Origin: a virus
DNA: 64,000 nucleotides
Strand: one strand, 5' to 3'
Virus record (IMG/VR): IMGVR_UViG_3300016649_000355
In this document: piece after piece, positions 1-9,290 of the stretch
Position numbering within the stretch: the first letter of the stretch is position 1
Layout: each line of letters begins with the position of its first letter
Translations under genes and position numbers: made by a program
Notes under the pieces: generated by a model
Databases searched by the model: none
What the model was told of the DNA's origin: nothing
What the model saw: the letters and a program-made list of their open reading frames with translations, nothing else

Positions 1-3
1 TTA

Positions 4-258
4 TTGACTGCTACACAACTGTTCAAATCGGGTAAAATTATTGAGGGAAGACAGCAGTTGATGCAATATATCGCACTTTATCCTACTAGGGTAGAAGATA
101 CTTACAAATGGATGTATGATAACATTGATCTATGGGGCGAGTCACAAGAAAAGCGTGATGCAAGTATCATAACTATCAGAAATGGTCTGGCAAATCTACC
201 TTTAGTTGGTATACCCGAGATCAGTCTTGCGGCGACACTTGTGGAATTGACAACATGA
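4..258 (+). CDS. C-terminal part of a probable clamp-loader (RFC/gp44-like) subunit; runs in from the window edge
   Basis: Helical tail ending GIPEISLAATLVEL resembles the C-terminus of clamp-loader small subunits; replication genes lie nearby. Confidence 0.5.
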   Translation: MTATQLFKSGKIIEGRQQLMQYIALYPTRVEDTYKWMYDNIDLWGESQEKRDASIITIRNGLANLPLVGIPEISLAATLVELTT

Positions 259-518
259 GATATCTTTTGATAACTTTTTTTCGTAGACCCGGGGGTCAAA
301 TCGATGAACAAGTAACCGTGTCTAAAAAAATCAAGCCAAGTGATTTACAAACCTGTAATGTGATTTTAGACTATAGCAGTAAAAAGGTAGAAAAGTGTGT
401 GATTGAGGGGAAGACAACAGACACCGACTGGGAAAAGATGAATGAATACTACAAGAAAATCTATCCAGTACTTATCGAACAACTAGAAAAAAATAATCAA
501 GTAGCAAGCAAAAAATGA
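255..518 (+). CDS. Hypothetical phage protein
   Basis: 87-aa ORF with ATGA overlap to the previous gene. Confidence 0.7.
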   Translation: MRYLLITFFRRPGGQIDEQVTVSKKIKPSDLQTCNVILDYSSKKVEKCVIEGKTTDTDWEKMNEYYKKIYPVLIEQLEKNNQVASKK

Positions 519-541
519 TATAGGGGCAATGCCCCTATATC
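517..541. terminator. Hairpin between convergent genes, probable bidirectional terminator
   Basis: GATATAGGGGC-AAT-GCCCCTATATC perfect 11-bp stem. Confidence 0.7.
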
Positions 542-1317
542 TATGCGTAAAGTTTTAGTACATGTTCAATTATCTTATGTCGTTGAACATCCCTAACATC
601 AAAATTACATAATCTAATGCCTTGTGTAGCATTTTTGATTAATCGATTTTGTAAATCCATTAATCCGTTTTGTGCAGTTTTACGATCTGTCTGCTCGATG
701 TCACCAGTGATCACAATTTTGCTTCCTGAACCTATACGGGTCATGATCATTTTCAATTGGCTAGGTGTAGCGTTCTGTGCTTCGTCTAAAATTATCCAAC
801 TGTTTTTGAAATTTCTTCCCCTACAAAAAGCTAGTGGTGCGATCTCGATTACTTGTTCTGCTAGCATGTATTCGATTTCTTTTACTGTATAGAATTCTTT
901 GAGTACATCCAGCAAGGGCCTTGTCCATGGTTCCATTTTAGCATTCAAATCACCTGGCAAAAATCCATGTTTTTCATCATCGACTCCGACCGCAGGTCTT
1001 GTCAATATGATTTTTTCACATTTATTTTCTCTCAATGCTTTGATTGCCGCAAGCATAGCCAGATAAGTTTTTCCAGTTCCAGCAGGCCCGTGAACTACCA
1101 CTATATCCGTCTCGATATCAAATAATGCTAAGATATAGTTTTCTTGATTAATAGTTTTGGGAATTAATTCGATCGGTTTTCTTTGTCTTGTTTTACCTTG
1201 AAAGAAATCGATTGTATTTGATTGTGCTGAATAGAAAGTATTTGAACTATTTAATTGAACTTGCTTGAAACGAACATCATCCTTATTACGCAATGCGCTA
1301 GTTTTTCTTTTGCTCAA
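541..1317 (-). CDS. phoH: PhoH-like ATPase
   Basis: GPAGTGKT, LTRPAV, GFLPGD, RGRNF, ILDEAQN and GDIEQTD motifs. Confidence 0.95.
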   Translation of the reverse strand: MSKRKTSALRNKDDVRFKQVQLNSSNTFYSAQSNTIDFFQGKTRQRKPIELIPKTINQENYILALFDIETDIVVVHGPAGTGKTYLAMLAAIKALRENKCEKIILTRPAVGVDDEKHGFLPGDLNAKMEPWTRPLLDVLKEFYTVKEIEYMLAEQVIEIAPLAFCRGRNFKNSWIILDEAQNATPSQLKMIMTRIGSGSKIVITGDIEQTDRKTAQNGLMDLQNRLIKNATQGIRLCNFDVRDVQRHKIIEHVLKLYA

Positions 1318-1480
1318 GTTTATCTCCTTTCAAGAGCTATACTTCTCAACTACATTTTTATTTAAGGTCGTATATACTAAACTTAAATGTATATGTTTTA
1401 GTTTTTACGGCAAGATAAATAAAAGGCTATAAGCACAAAACATTCAATTCTTAAATAAAAATTACATAGATAAATACATC

Positions 1481-2053
1481 ATGAACCATAAATCCTCAGA
1501 TAAATTTTTCAATGATGTAGATTTCGTAAGTATTGTAAGCACGGTCAAGGGCATATTTACCAGCGACGGTGCTATGTCTTTATTATTAGACTTTGAGCGT
1601 GTTTTAGATGAAGCTGATATATATGCCTTTAAAAACTGGCAATTAGGTGAATTAGTTTCAGGTCCAAATAATGGGCGCTATACAGTGAGTTGTATTTTTA
1701 TGTGGCCTTATAAATTAATGCCAGATCCAGCTGGCATCAAACGCTTATTAGTAATAGGTTGTGATGTAGAAATGGACAAGGGTGAGATTGAAGTACCAGT
1801 AGAAGTACTAGATTATGAAGATTTTGTTCCAGGTACTAGATATCCTAAAATGCATGAGAGAAAAGTATGGTTCGTTAAGATCACAGTCCCGAAAGACCTG
1901 ATGAATGATTTGAAAGAGGGTTCAATTGACCTTGCTGATCAAACAATCGATCTACAGGAATTGGAAGAAGCTTATGAAGATGATCTTGATGCAGAGGGAA
2001 TAACGCCTGAAGATGCTGCTTCTGATACTCAAGAATTGCCGGCAGGACAATAA
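1481..2053 (+). CDS. Hypothetical phage protein with acidic tail, late promoter upstream
   Basis: 190-aa ORF preceded by GATAAATA. Confidence 0.75.
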   Translation: MNHKSSDKFFNDVDFVSIVSTVKGIFTSDGAMSLLLDFERVLDEADIYAFKNWQLGELVSGPNNGRYTVSCIFMWPYKLMPDPAGIKRLLVIGCDVEMDKGEIEVPVEVLDYEDFVPGTRYPKMHERKVWFVKITVPKDLMNDLKEGSIDLADQTIDLQELEEAYEDDLDAEGITPEDAASDTQELPAGQ

Positions 2054-2055
2054 AA

Positions 2056-2598
2056 ATGAAAATATTATTTGAAGGTTTAGATTATCTTGACATGGTAAAC
2101 CAAATTGAACCATTGTTATCTGTCGATGAATATGTTGCCAAAATGGGCAAAGATAGCGATATTGTTACATTGGCATTTACTGTAAAATCGGAATTAGCAG
2201 GAAGAGATTTAGTAGACTGGTTTGAGAGGGGCTATGATTTCGTTTTAGATGCAAGCCTTAGTGATGGAGAAGTTAAACCGGGAAAATATTTAGTTTTTGT
2301 TGAAATGAATCGTAGATCATCGGTGCCTGAAAGAATAGAGGAATTACTTACTGATTTGAAAACTCTTACTGATATAAAACCCACTGAGTGGACTATAAGA
2401 GTAGGTGATGAAGAATATGATTTAGATATAGAAGTTTTGAAAAAAGTTATCACAGTATCTCCACATGAGTATAGAATCGAAAAAGAAGGTCAAGAAGAAT
2501 TAAATGAATATCGAGAAATTGCCGGACTTAAAACCAGTAATATATACCACAGCGATGATAAAGAAATACAAAATTTTAAAAACTTAGCGGGGTTATAA
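2056..2598 (+). CDS. Hypothetical phage protein
   Basis: 180-aa ORF coupled to neighbours; MKILFE leader. Confidence 0.75.
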   Translation: MKILFEGLDYLDMVNQIEPLLSVDEYVAKMGKDSDIVTLAFTVKSELAGRDLVDWFERGYDFVLDASLSDGEVKPGKYLVFVEMNRRSSVPERIEELLTDLKTLTDIKPTEWTIRVGDEEYDLDIEVLKKVITVSPHEYRIEKEGQEELNEYREIAGLKTSNIYHSDDKEIQNFKNLAGL

Positions 2599-3110
2599 TG
2601 ACAAAAACACTACTTCCAAAAAAATCATATTCTGAAAATCCCTTCGCAATCAATGATGATGCACATGATCAACTAACCAATGATTCAAGCGTCCCACAAT
2701 TTCCACAAGGTGGAGCGACATTCACTACTAGTGTTTCTGCACCCTCTGCTCCTGCTGGGGGTTACAGTCAACCAGCTCCCTCAGCACCTGCTCCAGTATT
2801 GACTCAGGCAGGTGAGAATGCTGCGCAGGATGCGGATGTATTAGTCAAGCATAATAAAGAAAGTGAAGACTGGATCAATAAGAAATGGCGTCCTGCAATG
2901 GGTTGGGTATACATGTTGACCTGCACAGCAGATTTTGTTTTATTTCCTGTATTATGGAGCATGTTACAAGCATTGAGTTCGGGACAAGTAACTAGCCAAT
3001 GGCAGCCATTGACATTGCAAGGAGCAGGATTGTATCACATCGCAATGGGTGCAGTTCTAGGTATAGCAGTATATGGCAGGACTAAGGAAAAACTAGAACA
3101 AAAGCAGTAA
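2598..3110 (+). CDS. Holin-like membrane protein (3TM/GTA-holin type)
   Basis: KKWRPAMGWVY followed by hydrophobic segments and GAVLGIAVYGRTKEK. Confidence 0.65.
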   Translation: MTKTLLPKKSYSENPFAINDDAHDQLTNDSSVPQFPQGGATFTTSVSAPSAPAGGYSQPAPSAPAPVLTQAGENAAQDADVLVKHNKESEDWINKKWRPAMGWVYMLTCTADFVLFPVLWSMLQALSSGQVTSQWQPLTLQGAGLYHIAMGAVLGIAVYGRTKEKLEQKQ

Positions 3111-3146
3111 TAATTTGGCACATATCATTATGTGTTTAAATACTTC

Positions 3147-3926
3147 ATGGACTACTACAAAACATTGGGTGTTGAAAAGAACTCAACACCTGATGATATA
3201 AAGAAAGCGTATAGAAAATTAGCGAGTCAGCATCACCCTGATAAAGGAGGTGATACTATTCGTTTCCAAGAAATACAAGCAGCATATGAAACGCTTTCTG
3301 ATCCAATAAAGAGGCAAGAATATGATAATCCTATGCCACAGGGAATGCCGGGGGGATTTCATTTTAATGCTAATGGGTTCGATCTTAACGATATATTTGC
3401 CCAAGTATTCAATCAACATAGACAGCATTCAAATTTTAATAAACAAACTTATAGAACTAGAGTCAATATATCTTTAAAAGATGCTTATTTGGGTACGAAG
3501 TCCACATTAAAGCTACAGGGATTAGCCAATATGAAAATATGCACCATTGATGTTCCTAAAGGAATCACTGACGGTTCGCAAATTAGATACGACAACATAA
3601 TCGATAATGGAAGCCTGATAGTTGAATTTATTATAAATCCTGATCTTAAATTTGACAGAAAGGGAAATGATCTGTATAGTAATGTGTCAATATCAGTTTT
3701 GGATCTAATAGTAGGAACGGAAATTGAATTTACTACATTGTCAGGAAAAAATCTATTAGTTAATATCAATTCAAAAACACAACCATATATGCAATTAAAA
3801 ATACCGGGGGAGGGTATGCCTATATATGGAACAAAAATGTACGGCGACCAAATAATCTTGCTTAAACCATTCATGCCTGATAAAATTGATCAAGCTATAA
3901 CCGACAGTATTTTGCGTTCTAAGTAA
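3147..3926 (+). CDS. dnaJ: DnaJ/CbpA-type co-chaperone without zinc finger
   Basis: DYYKTLGV...HPDKGG J-domain plus DnaJ C-terminal domain; ATG at 3147 preferred. Confidence 0.92.
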   Translation: MDYYKTLGVEKNSTPDDIKKAYRKLASQHHPDKGGDTIRFQEIQAAYETLSDPIKRQEYDNPMPQGMPGGFHFNANGFDLNDIFAQVFNQHRQHSNFNKQTYRTRVNISLKDAYLGTKSTLKLQGLANMKICTIDVPKGITDGSQIRYDNIIDNGSLIVEFIINPDLKFDRKGNDLYSNVSISVLDLIVGTEIEFTTLSGKNLLVNINSKTQPYMQLKIPGEGMPIYGTKMYGDQIILLKPFMPDKIDQAITDSILRSK

Positions 3927-3951
3927 ATTTAAATATATAAAAAGGAAAAAT

Positions 3952-6219
3952 ATGACCAACTCACCCGAAATTGAAAGCATCATTGAACAGGCTATCATTT
4001 TTGCTAAAGATAAAAAACATGAATATTGCACAGTAGAGCATTTATTGCTAGCCCTGGTGAGCCATCCCCCATTCAAAAAATGCCTTGTGAGTTTTGGTGC
4101 TGATATCGAATTGATGATGCAAGATATTAATTCTTACCTTGATAGTCTGCATGCTATTGTGTCTAACAAAGAAGAGGTTACTCCTAGAAAAACTAATTCT
4201 CTAGAGAGGGTAATGAACAGAACGGTTACTCAGGTATTATTTACCGGGCGTAGACAGGTCACTACAATCGATCTCTATCTCAGTATTGCGGCTGAGGGTA
4301 ACAGTCATGCACATTATTTCTTATTAAAATATGGAATCCACAAAGCAGAATTCTTGACTCATTGGCAGAAAACATATAAAGGTAGTGAATACACAAATCA
4401 TCTCACGGAGACACAAGCAGATGAGATCCTTGACGAGAACACGATAAATCTTACAACACTTGCCAAACAAGGTAAATTAGAACCGGTCATTGGTCGTTCT
4501 TCTGAACTGCAAGATATCGTTAATGTTCTGGCAAAAAGATTTAAATCAAATGTATTGATGGTGGGTGATCCGGGGGTGGGTAAGACTGCCATCGTAGAGG
4601 GTTTGGCACAACAGATAGTAGAAGACAATGTTCCGGACTTTCTCAAAGATCATGAACTATACTCCCTAGAGATCGGCGGGTTGCTAGCTGGATCAAAATA
4701 TCGAGGAGACTTCGAAGAAAAAGTTAAAAATGTAATCGATGCCTTGAACACAAAGAAAAAAGCCATTTTGTTTATTGATGAAGCTCACACAATGCAGGGA
4801 GCAGGCAGTGCTACGAATGGTGCTGTCGATTTTGCTAATATGATTAAACCTGCAATCACAAAGGGAACATTAAAGGTTCTTGCAAGTACTACTTGGGAAG
4901 AATTTTATGAAAGTTTTGAAAAAGATCGTGCATTGATGCGAAGATTTTACAAGATTTCTATCGATGAACCATCTAAAGATTCTACAATCAGAATCTTAAA
5001 GGGATTGAGTGTAAGATTGAGCGAGTTCCATGAAGTAGAAATTAATGAGGATGCAATTCTTACCGCTGTTGAAAAAGCAGACCGTTATATTCAAGATAGA
5101 AAGAATCCAGATAAATCTATCGACTTATTGGATGCAGCATGTGCTAAACAAAGGGCGGCTAATAATAAGGGAGCAGTGATAACAAAGCAGTTGATCAATG
5201 AGCAGGTTGAGAAATACACAGGTGTTCCTGCTGATAAATTGAATGGAGATAATCTTGACCGTATCCATAATCTTGAAATAAATATCAAGGAAAAACTTTA
5301 TGGCCAGGATGAAACTGTTGAACAGGTGCTTGAGAGGGTTTATGTGAGTTTTGCAGGTATCGGAACCGAAACGAAACCAATGTCAAGCTTTTTATTTTTA
5401 GGCCCAACAGGTACAGGTAAAACAGAACTTGCAAAGCTATTGAGCAAAAATCTTGACATGCCTTTACTCAAATATGATATGAGTGAATATAGTGAAAAAC
5501 ATTCTGTGTCAAGCTTGATAGGTCCGCCCCCCGGTTATGTAGGTTTTAATGATAGTCAAGTTCAAGGTGGAAGATTGATCAGTGATTTGAGCAAAAGTCC
5601 ACACTCAATCATGTTGTTTGATGAAGTTGAAAAGGCACATCCTGACATATTTAATATCTTTTTGCAGATGTTAGATGAAGGGAGAGTAACTGGCAGTAAT
5701 GGTAAAGAAGTAAGCTGTAAAAACACGATTATTATTTTGACTTCAAATCTAGGTAGCCAAGATAGCGAAAAATTAAATATCGGTTTTAGTGATCAGGAGA
5801 AAACAGGAGAAGATGATAAAGCATTAAAAGAATTTTTCAAACCTGAATTTCGCAACAGGCTTGATCTTGTGTGTAAGTTTAAGAAACTAGACATGCTAGC
5901 CATCAAAAAGATCGTAATCAAATTTACTGAGGAACTCAAAAAGAGTCTGCTTGAAAAACATAACATCACTCTAAATTTAACTGAAAATGTGGTAGAATAT
6001 CTAGCAGAAAAGGGATATGATAAAAAGATGGGTGCGAGACCACTCGCAAGAAAGATCGACGAATTAATACGAGTGCCTTTGAGTAAAAAAATCTTATTTG
6101 AAAAAATTAAAAACGCCAATGTTACCGCAAACTTACTTGATGGGAAAATCGATTTTGGAATTCAAACAAAATCCACAGGCAAGGTAGGAGAAGATGGAAT
6201 CATTACAGTTGAAGGTTGA
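3952..6219 (+). CDS. clpA: ClpA-type Hsp100 AAA+ chaperone
   Basis: Clp N domain (EHLLLAL), two Walker A motifs (GDPGVGKT, GPTGTGKT), IGF ClpP-docking loop, GARPL; no ClpB middle domain. Confidence 0.93.
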   Translation: MTNSPEIESIIEQAIIFAKDKKHEYCTVEHLLLALVSHPPFKKCLVSFGADIELMMQDINSYLDSLHAIVSNKEEVTPRKTNSLERVMNRTVTQVLFTGRRQVTTIDLYLSIAAEGNSHAHYFLLKYGIHKAEFLTHWQKTYKGSEYTNHLTETQADEILDENTINLTTLAKQGKLEPVIGRSSELQDIVNVLAKRFKSNVLMVGDPGVGKTAIVEGLAQQIVEDNVPDFLKDHELYSLEIGGLLAGSKYRGDFEEKVKNVIDALNTKKKAILFIDEAHTMQGAGSATNGAVDFANMIKPAITKGTLKVLASTTWEEFYESFEKDRALMRRFYKISIDEPSKDSTIRILKGLSVRLSEFHEVEINEDAILTAVEKADRYIQDRKNPDKSIDLLDAACAKQRAANNKGAVITKQLINEQVEKYTGVPADKLNGDNLDRIHNLEINIKEKLYGQDETVEQVLERVYVSFAGIGTETKPMSSFLFLGPTGTGKTELAKLLSKNLDMPLLKYDMSEYSEKHSVSSLIGPPPGYVGFNDSQVQGGRLISDLSKSPHSIMLFDEVEKAHPDIFNIFLQMLDEGRVTGSNGKEVSCKNTIIILTSNLGSQDSEKLNIGFSDQEKTGEDDKALKEFFKPEFRNRLDLVCKFKKLDMLAIKKIVIKFTEELKKSLLEKHNITLNLTENVVEYLAEKGYDKKMGARPLARKIDELIRVPLSKKILFEKIKNANVTANLLDGKIDFGIQTKSTGKVGEDGIITVEG

Positions 6220-6841
6220 CAACAGACCCAACCTATACTGGAATAAGTTCCAGTATAGGGCCCGTGTAAGAATCGATGGGTTGAGGATGACCTATGGGGC
6301 TAGATCGGTAGATGATGTTAGCAAAAATGTAGAATATGCCAAGACCTATGGGCGACGATTGCCCGTGATCGATTACATATCGATAGGCAAATGGTTAGAC
6401 TTCAAAATAGCAAATAAAGACAAAGTATTGATACGGATAGAGGGTGATACCGCGGGAGTTTTTTCTAATGATCTAGCTTGTTTACAGAGCCTCGAATCGA
6501 AAGGTATCATTCCTTTGGACTATACCCAAGCATGCTCTATTGAACCTAACGGTATCATGTATTTTAAGAATGATCCTAAATATAAGTATCGCAGCTATAT
6601 GAGGGCTAAAAGAATAGAAGATGGAACTAAACAAGATATCAGAGATTTCATAAAAAGATATGACCTCAAACCCTGCAAAGCATTAGATGAATGGTTAAGT
6701 GGCACGAAATACAAATTCGTTTCAAGTTATGTGCCAAATACTTATTTCATCGCCTACGACGATGATAAGATGCCCATGTTGATGTCTATAGTATTGCCTG
6801 GACTATTTAACAAACATTATAAAGTTGAAAAACGCCCATAA
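6194..6841 (+). CDS. Hypothetical phage protein
   Basis: 215-aa ORF with GGAG RBS. Confidence 0.7.
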   Translation: MESLQLKVDNRPNLYWNKFQYRARVRIDGLRMTYGARSVDDVSKNVEYAKTYGRRLPVIDYISIGKWLDFKIANKDKVLIRIEGDTAGVFSNDLACLQSLESKGIIPLDYTQACSIEPNGIMYFKNDPKYKYRSYMRAKRIEDGTKQDIRDFIKRYDLKPCKALDEWLSGTKYKFVSSYVPNTYFIAYDDDKMPMLMSIVLPGLFNKHYKVEKRP

Positions 6842-6874
6842 GAATGATAAATACTCTATAAATGGAGTGTTTTC

Positions 6875-7039
6875 ATGGCAAAAATTGTTGAAGATGTAGT
6901 AGTAATAAAATTCAGTAAACTAGTCAAAGATGATCAGGATGTATCTAGTATTGTTACTACAGATACACAGCAGGCCCTTGAGCAAGTAGCACAAGAGTTA
7001 GCAGGTGAGTCGGTGATCGTAGAGGTAGTCAAGGCATGA
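6875..7039 (+). CDS. Small hypothetical protein (54 aa; not in ORF track)
   Basis: GATAAATA promoter, GGAG RBS, MAKIVEDVVVIKFSKLVK..., ATGA overlap with the next gene. Confidence 0.7.
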   Translation: MAKIVEDVVVIKFSKLVKDDQDVSSIVTTDTQQALEQVAQELAGESVIVEVVKA

Positions 7040-7425
7040 GCCAGACTACTACACTAATTTTGTTATCAGAGACTAATTGGAATAGTAATATTGCCAACGG
7101 CAATTCATATACAGTAACCGGTAACAGTCAGCCTGCTGCTGCATATTATCTAGGCAATCAGGATCTACAAACAGTGGCATTAAAAGTTACTAATTGTGTG
7201 GGCAACATCGTGATCGAAGCAAGTTTAGCAACAAGTCCCACTGAAACAGATTGGTTCGATGTTTATAAATTAGTTGCTAATGCAAATGCAACACCCAATA
7301 CTGCCCCTCAAATTGCAAGTAATGCAAGTGTATATACAAACATAGAAGGTAATTTTGTTTACATGAGAGCCAAAGTAGAAGATTTTGCACAGGGTGGGGT
7401 GCAGTATATAAAATTGAGTTATTGA
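7036..7425 (+). CDS. Probable virion structural protein (beta-rich, Asn/Thr-rich)
   Basis: Composition and late-gene context. Confidence 0.5.
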   Translation: MSQTTTLILLSETNWNSNIANGNSYTVTGNSQPAAAYYLGNQDLQTVALKVTNCVGNIVIEASLATSPTETDWFDVYKLVANANATPNTAPQIASNASVYTNIEGNFVYMRAKVEDFAQGGVQYIKLSY

Positions 7426-7426
7426 T

Positions 7427-8260
7427 ATGGAAACCATTGCAATATATCCGGGAAGATTTCATCCCTTCCATAAGGGCCATGCTGAAAGCTTTAAACAAAT
7501 GGCACAAGAATTTGGGCCTAATAATACATATCTTGCGATAAGCGCAAAACAAGAACAGCCCAAAAGTCCTTTCAGTGCAGGTGATCGCGCAAAGATGGCA
7601 ATGGCATTAGGTATACCAAAAGAAAATATCATCAGCGTCAACAACACATACGGCGGTGATGAGTATATTCAAAGATTCAAAAAAGCAGGAATCGATCCTG
7701 ATAACACTATATTAGTTTTAGGTGTTAGCAAGAAAGATATGGGATCCGATCCAAGATTTACCTTTGAACCAAAGAAAGATGGATCGATGTCGTATCTACA
7801 ACCCTATCGCAAAGGTCCGCAAGAACCCATGACCAAGCATGCCTACATAGTTTCTACTGATGTTGCTGAATTTCCAATCGCAGGCGAGGTCGTGCGCGAT
7901 GCATCGAAGATACGGGATATGTATAAGCAGGGTGATGATCAACTTAAATCAAAAATATTGACAGATTTATATGGATCAAAAGCTGCCAAATTAATCAAAC
8001 CAATTTTCGATCAAAATCTAACTGTCAATGAAGCGATCACTATTCCAAAATTAAATAAGATAGATTTATACTATAAACCCATTGGCAGGGAAGAGATCAA
8101 AACAGTTTTCAAAAATTTGGATTACAATATGCTTGATAAAATGCTAAAAGCCATCAAGCAAAAACACGGCATAGACGCATCAAAATTTTTCTGGGTACCT
8201 GCAGGACAGAAACCCACTACAACACTAGAAGAATCTATTGATTATCTAGAAGAAAAATAA
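7427..8260 (+). CDS. HxGH cytidylyltransferase/nucleotidyltransferase-family protein
   Basis: YPGRFHPFHKGH and ASKIR motifs. Confidence 0.8.
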   Translation: METIAIYPGRFHPFHKGHAESFKQMAQEFGPNNTYLAISAKQEQPKSPFSAGDRAKMAMALGIPKENIISVNNTYGGDEYIQRFKKAGIDPDNTILVLGVSKKDMGSDPRFTFEPKKDGSMSYLQPYRKGPQEPMTKHAYIVSTDVAEFPIAGEVVRDASKIRDMYKQGDDQLKSKILTDLYGSKAAKLIKPIFDQNLTVNEAITIPKLNKIDLYYKPIGREEIKTVFKNLDYNMLDKMLKAIKQKHGIDASKFFWVPAGQKPTTTLEESIDYLEEK

Positions 8261-8311
8261 TTCGACACACTCCTCATTCAGTAAATATATTTACATTTTA
8301 GTGAGGAACAC

Positions 8312-9235
8312 ATGCCGCGTAAACCAAAAGAAGACAAAAAAGTACCTGTAGAACAGGTAAAAGAAGTTTTACAAGAGATCAAAGAGACTCCTGCAACTAA
8401 CAGCGAACAACAGGTTGTAGCTCAAACCCAAGAAAATCAACAACCACAGCAAGGACAGGTTCAGGTCAATGTAGACTTCTTGCGCACAACAAGAGTTCAC
8501 ATCGCTATGCCTTGTTATGGTGGAATGTTGACTGAATCAACTTTCATGAGTTTCATCAAGTGGGCAAATACTGCCCGTCAATTAGGTATTGATTGGACAT
8601 TGGAAACAATGGTTAACGAATCATTGATTAGCCGCGCAAGAAACACGCTAACTGCTAAATTCCTTGATATGCCCGATGCTACACACTTGTTCTTTGTTGA
8701 TGCTGATATTGGTTGGGAGCCATGGCACTTATTGGTTCTATTGAACCGCGACAAAGATGTTATCGCAGGTTTATATCCCATGAAGACCATGCCAATCAAG
8801 TGGGTTGTCAATGGTTTCGACGGTGCAGAAGAAGGTCCTGATGGCTTACAAGAGGTAAGCAAAGCAGGTACAGGTTTCTTATTGATGAAGAAACATGTGT
8901 TTGAAAAGATGAATAGTCACCCTGCTGTGAAGCAGTACAAGAACGATATCGGACTTGATCCTAAGTATGATCAGTATCTAAAGACTTATTTTGATACAGC
9001 AGTCCGTCAAAATCGTTACTATAGTGAAGACTGGACATTTTGCGAGAACTGGCGTGATCTAGGTGGTCGTATCTGGGTCGATAAGCGTGTATTACTACGC
9101 CATAGTGGTAGCTATGTTTTCTGTATGGAAAATCAACAGCACTTAATGAACACGATCGGACCTATGTACATCAATGAACAAAAGCAAAAAGGCTTTAAGT
9201 TAGTTGATCAAAATGGGAATGAAATAGCTGTTTAA
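8312..9235 (+). CDS. GT-A-fold glycosyltransferase-like protein with Gln-rich N-terminus
   Basis: IAMPCYGG, ESLISRARN, DAD (DxD), GTGFLL and SEDWTFC motifs. Confidence 0.7.
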   Translation: MPRKPKEDKKVPVEQVKEVLQEIKETPATNSEQQVVAQTQENQQPQQGQVQVNVDFLRTTRVHIAMPCYGGMLTESTFMSFIKWANTARQLGIDWTLETMVNESLISRARNTLTAKFLDMPDATHLFFVDADIGWEPWHLLVLLNRDKDVIAGLYPMKTMPIKWVVNGFDGAEEGPDGLQEVSKAGTGFLLMKKHVFEKMNSHPAVKQYKNDIGLDPKYDQYLKTYFDTAVRQNRYYSEDWTFCENWRDLGGRIWVDKRVLLRHSGSYVFCMENQQHLMNTIGPMYINEQKQKGFKLVDQNGNEIAV

Positions 9236-9238
9236 AAC

Positions 9239-9261
9239 AAAGCCCCGAAAGGGGCTTTTTT
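9239..9261 (+). terminator. Rho-independent terminator
   Basis: AAAGCCCC-GAAA-GGGGCTTT followed by T run. Confidence 0.9.
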
Positions 9262-9290
9262 GTTTATGTAGTATTACAAATAAATACTAT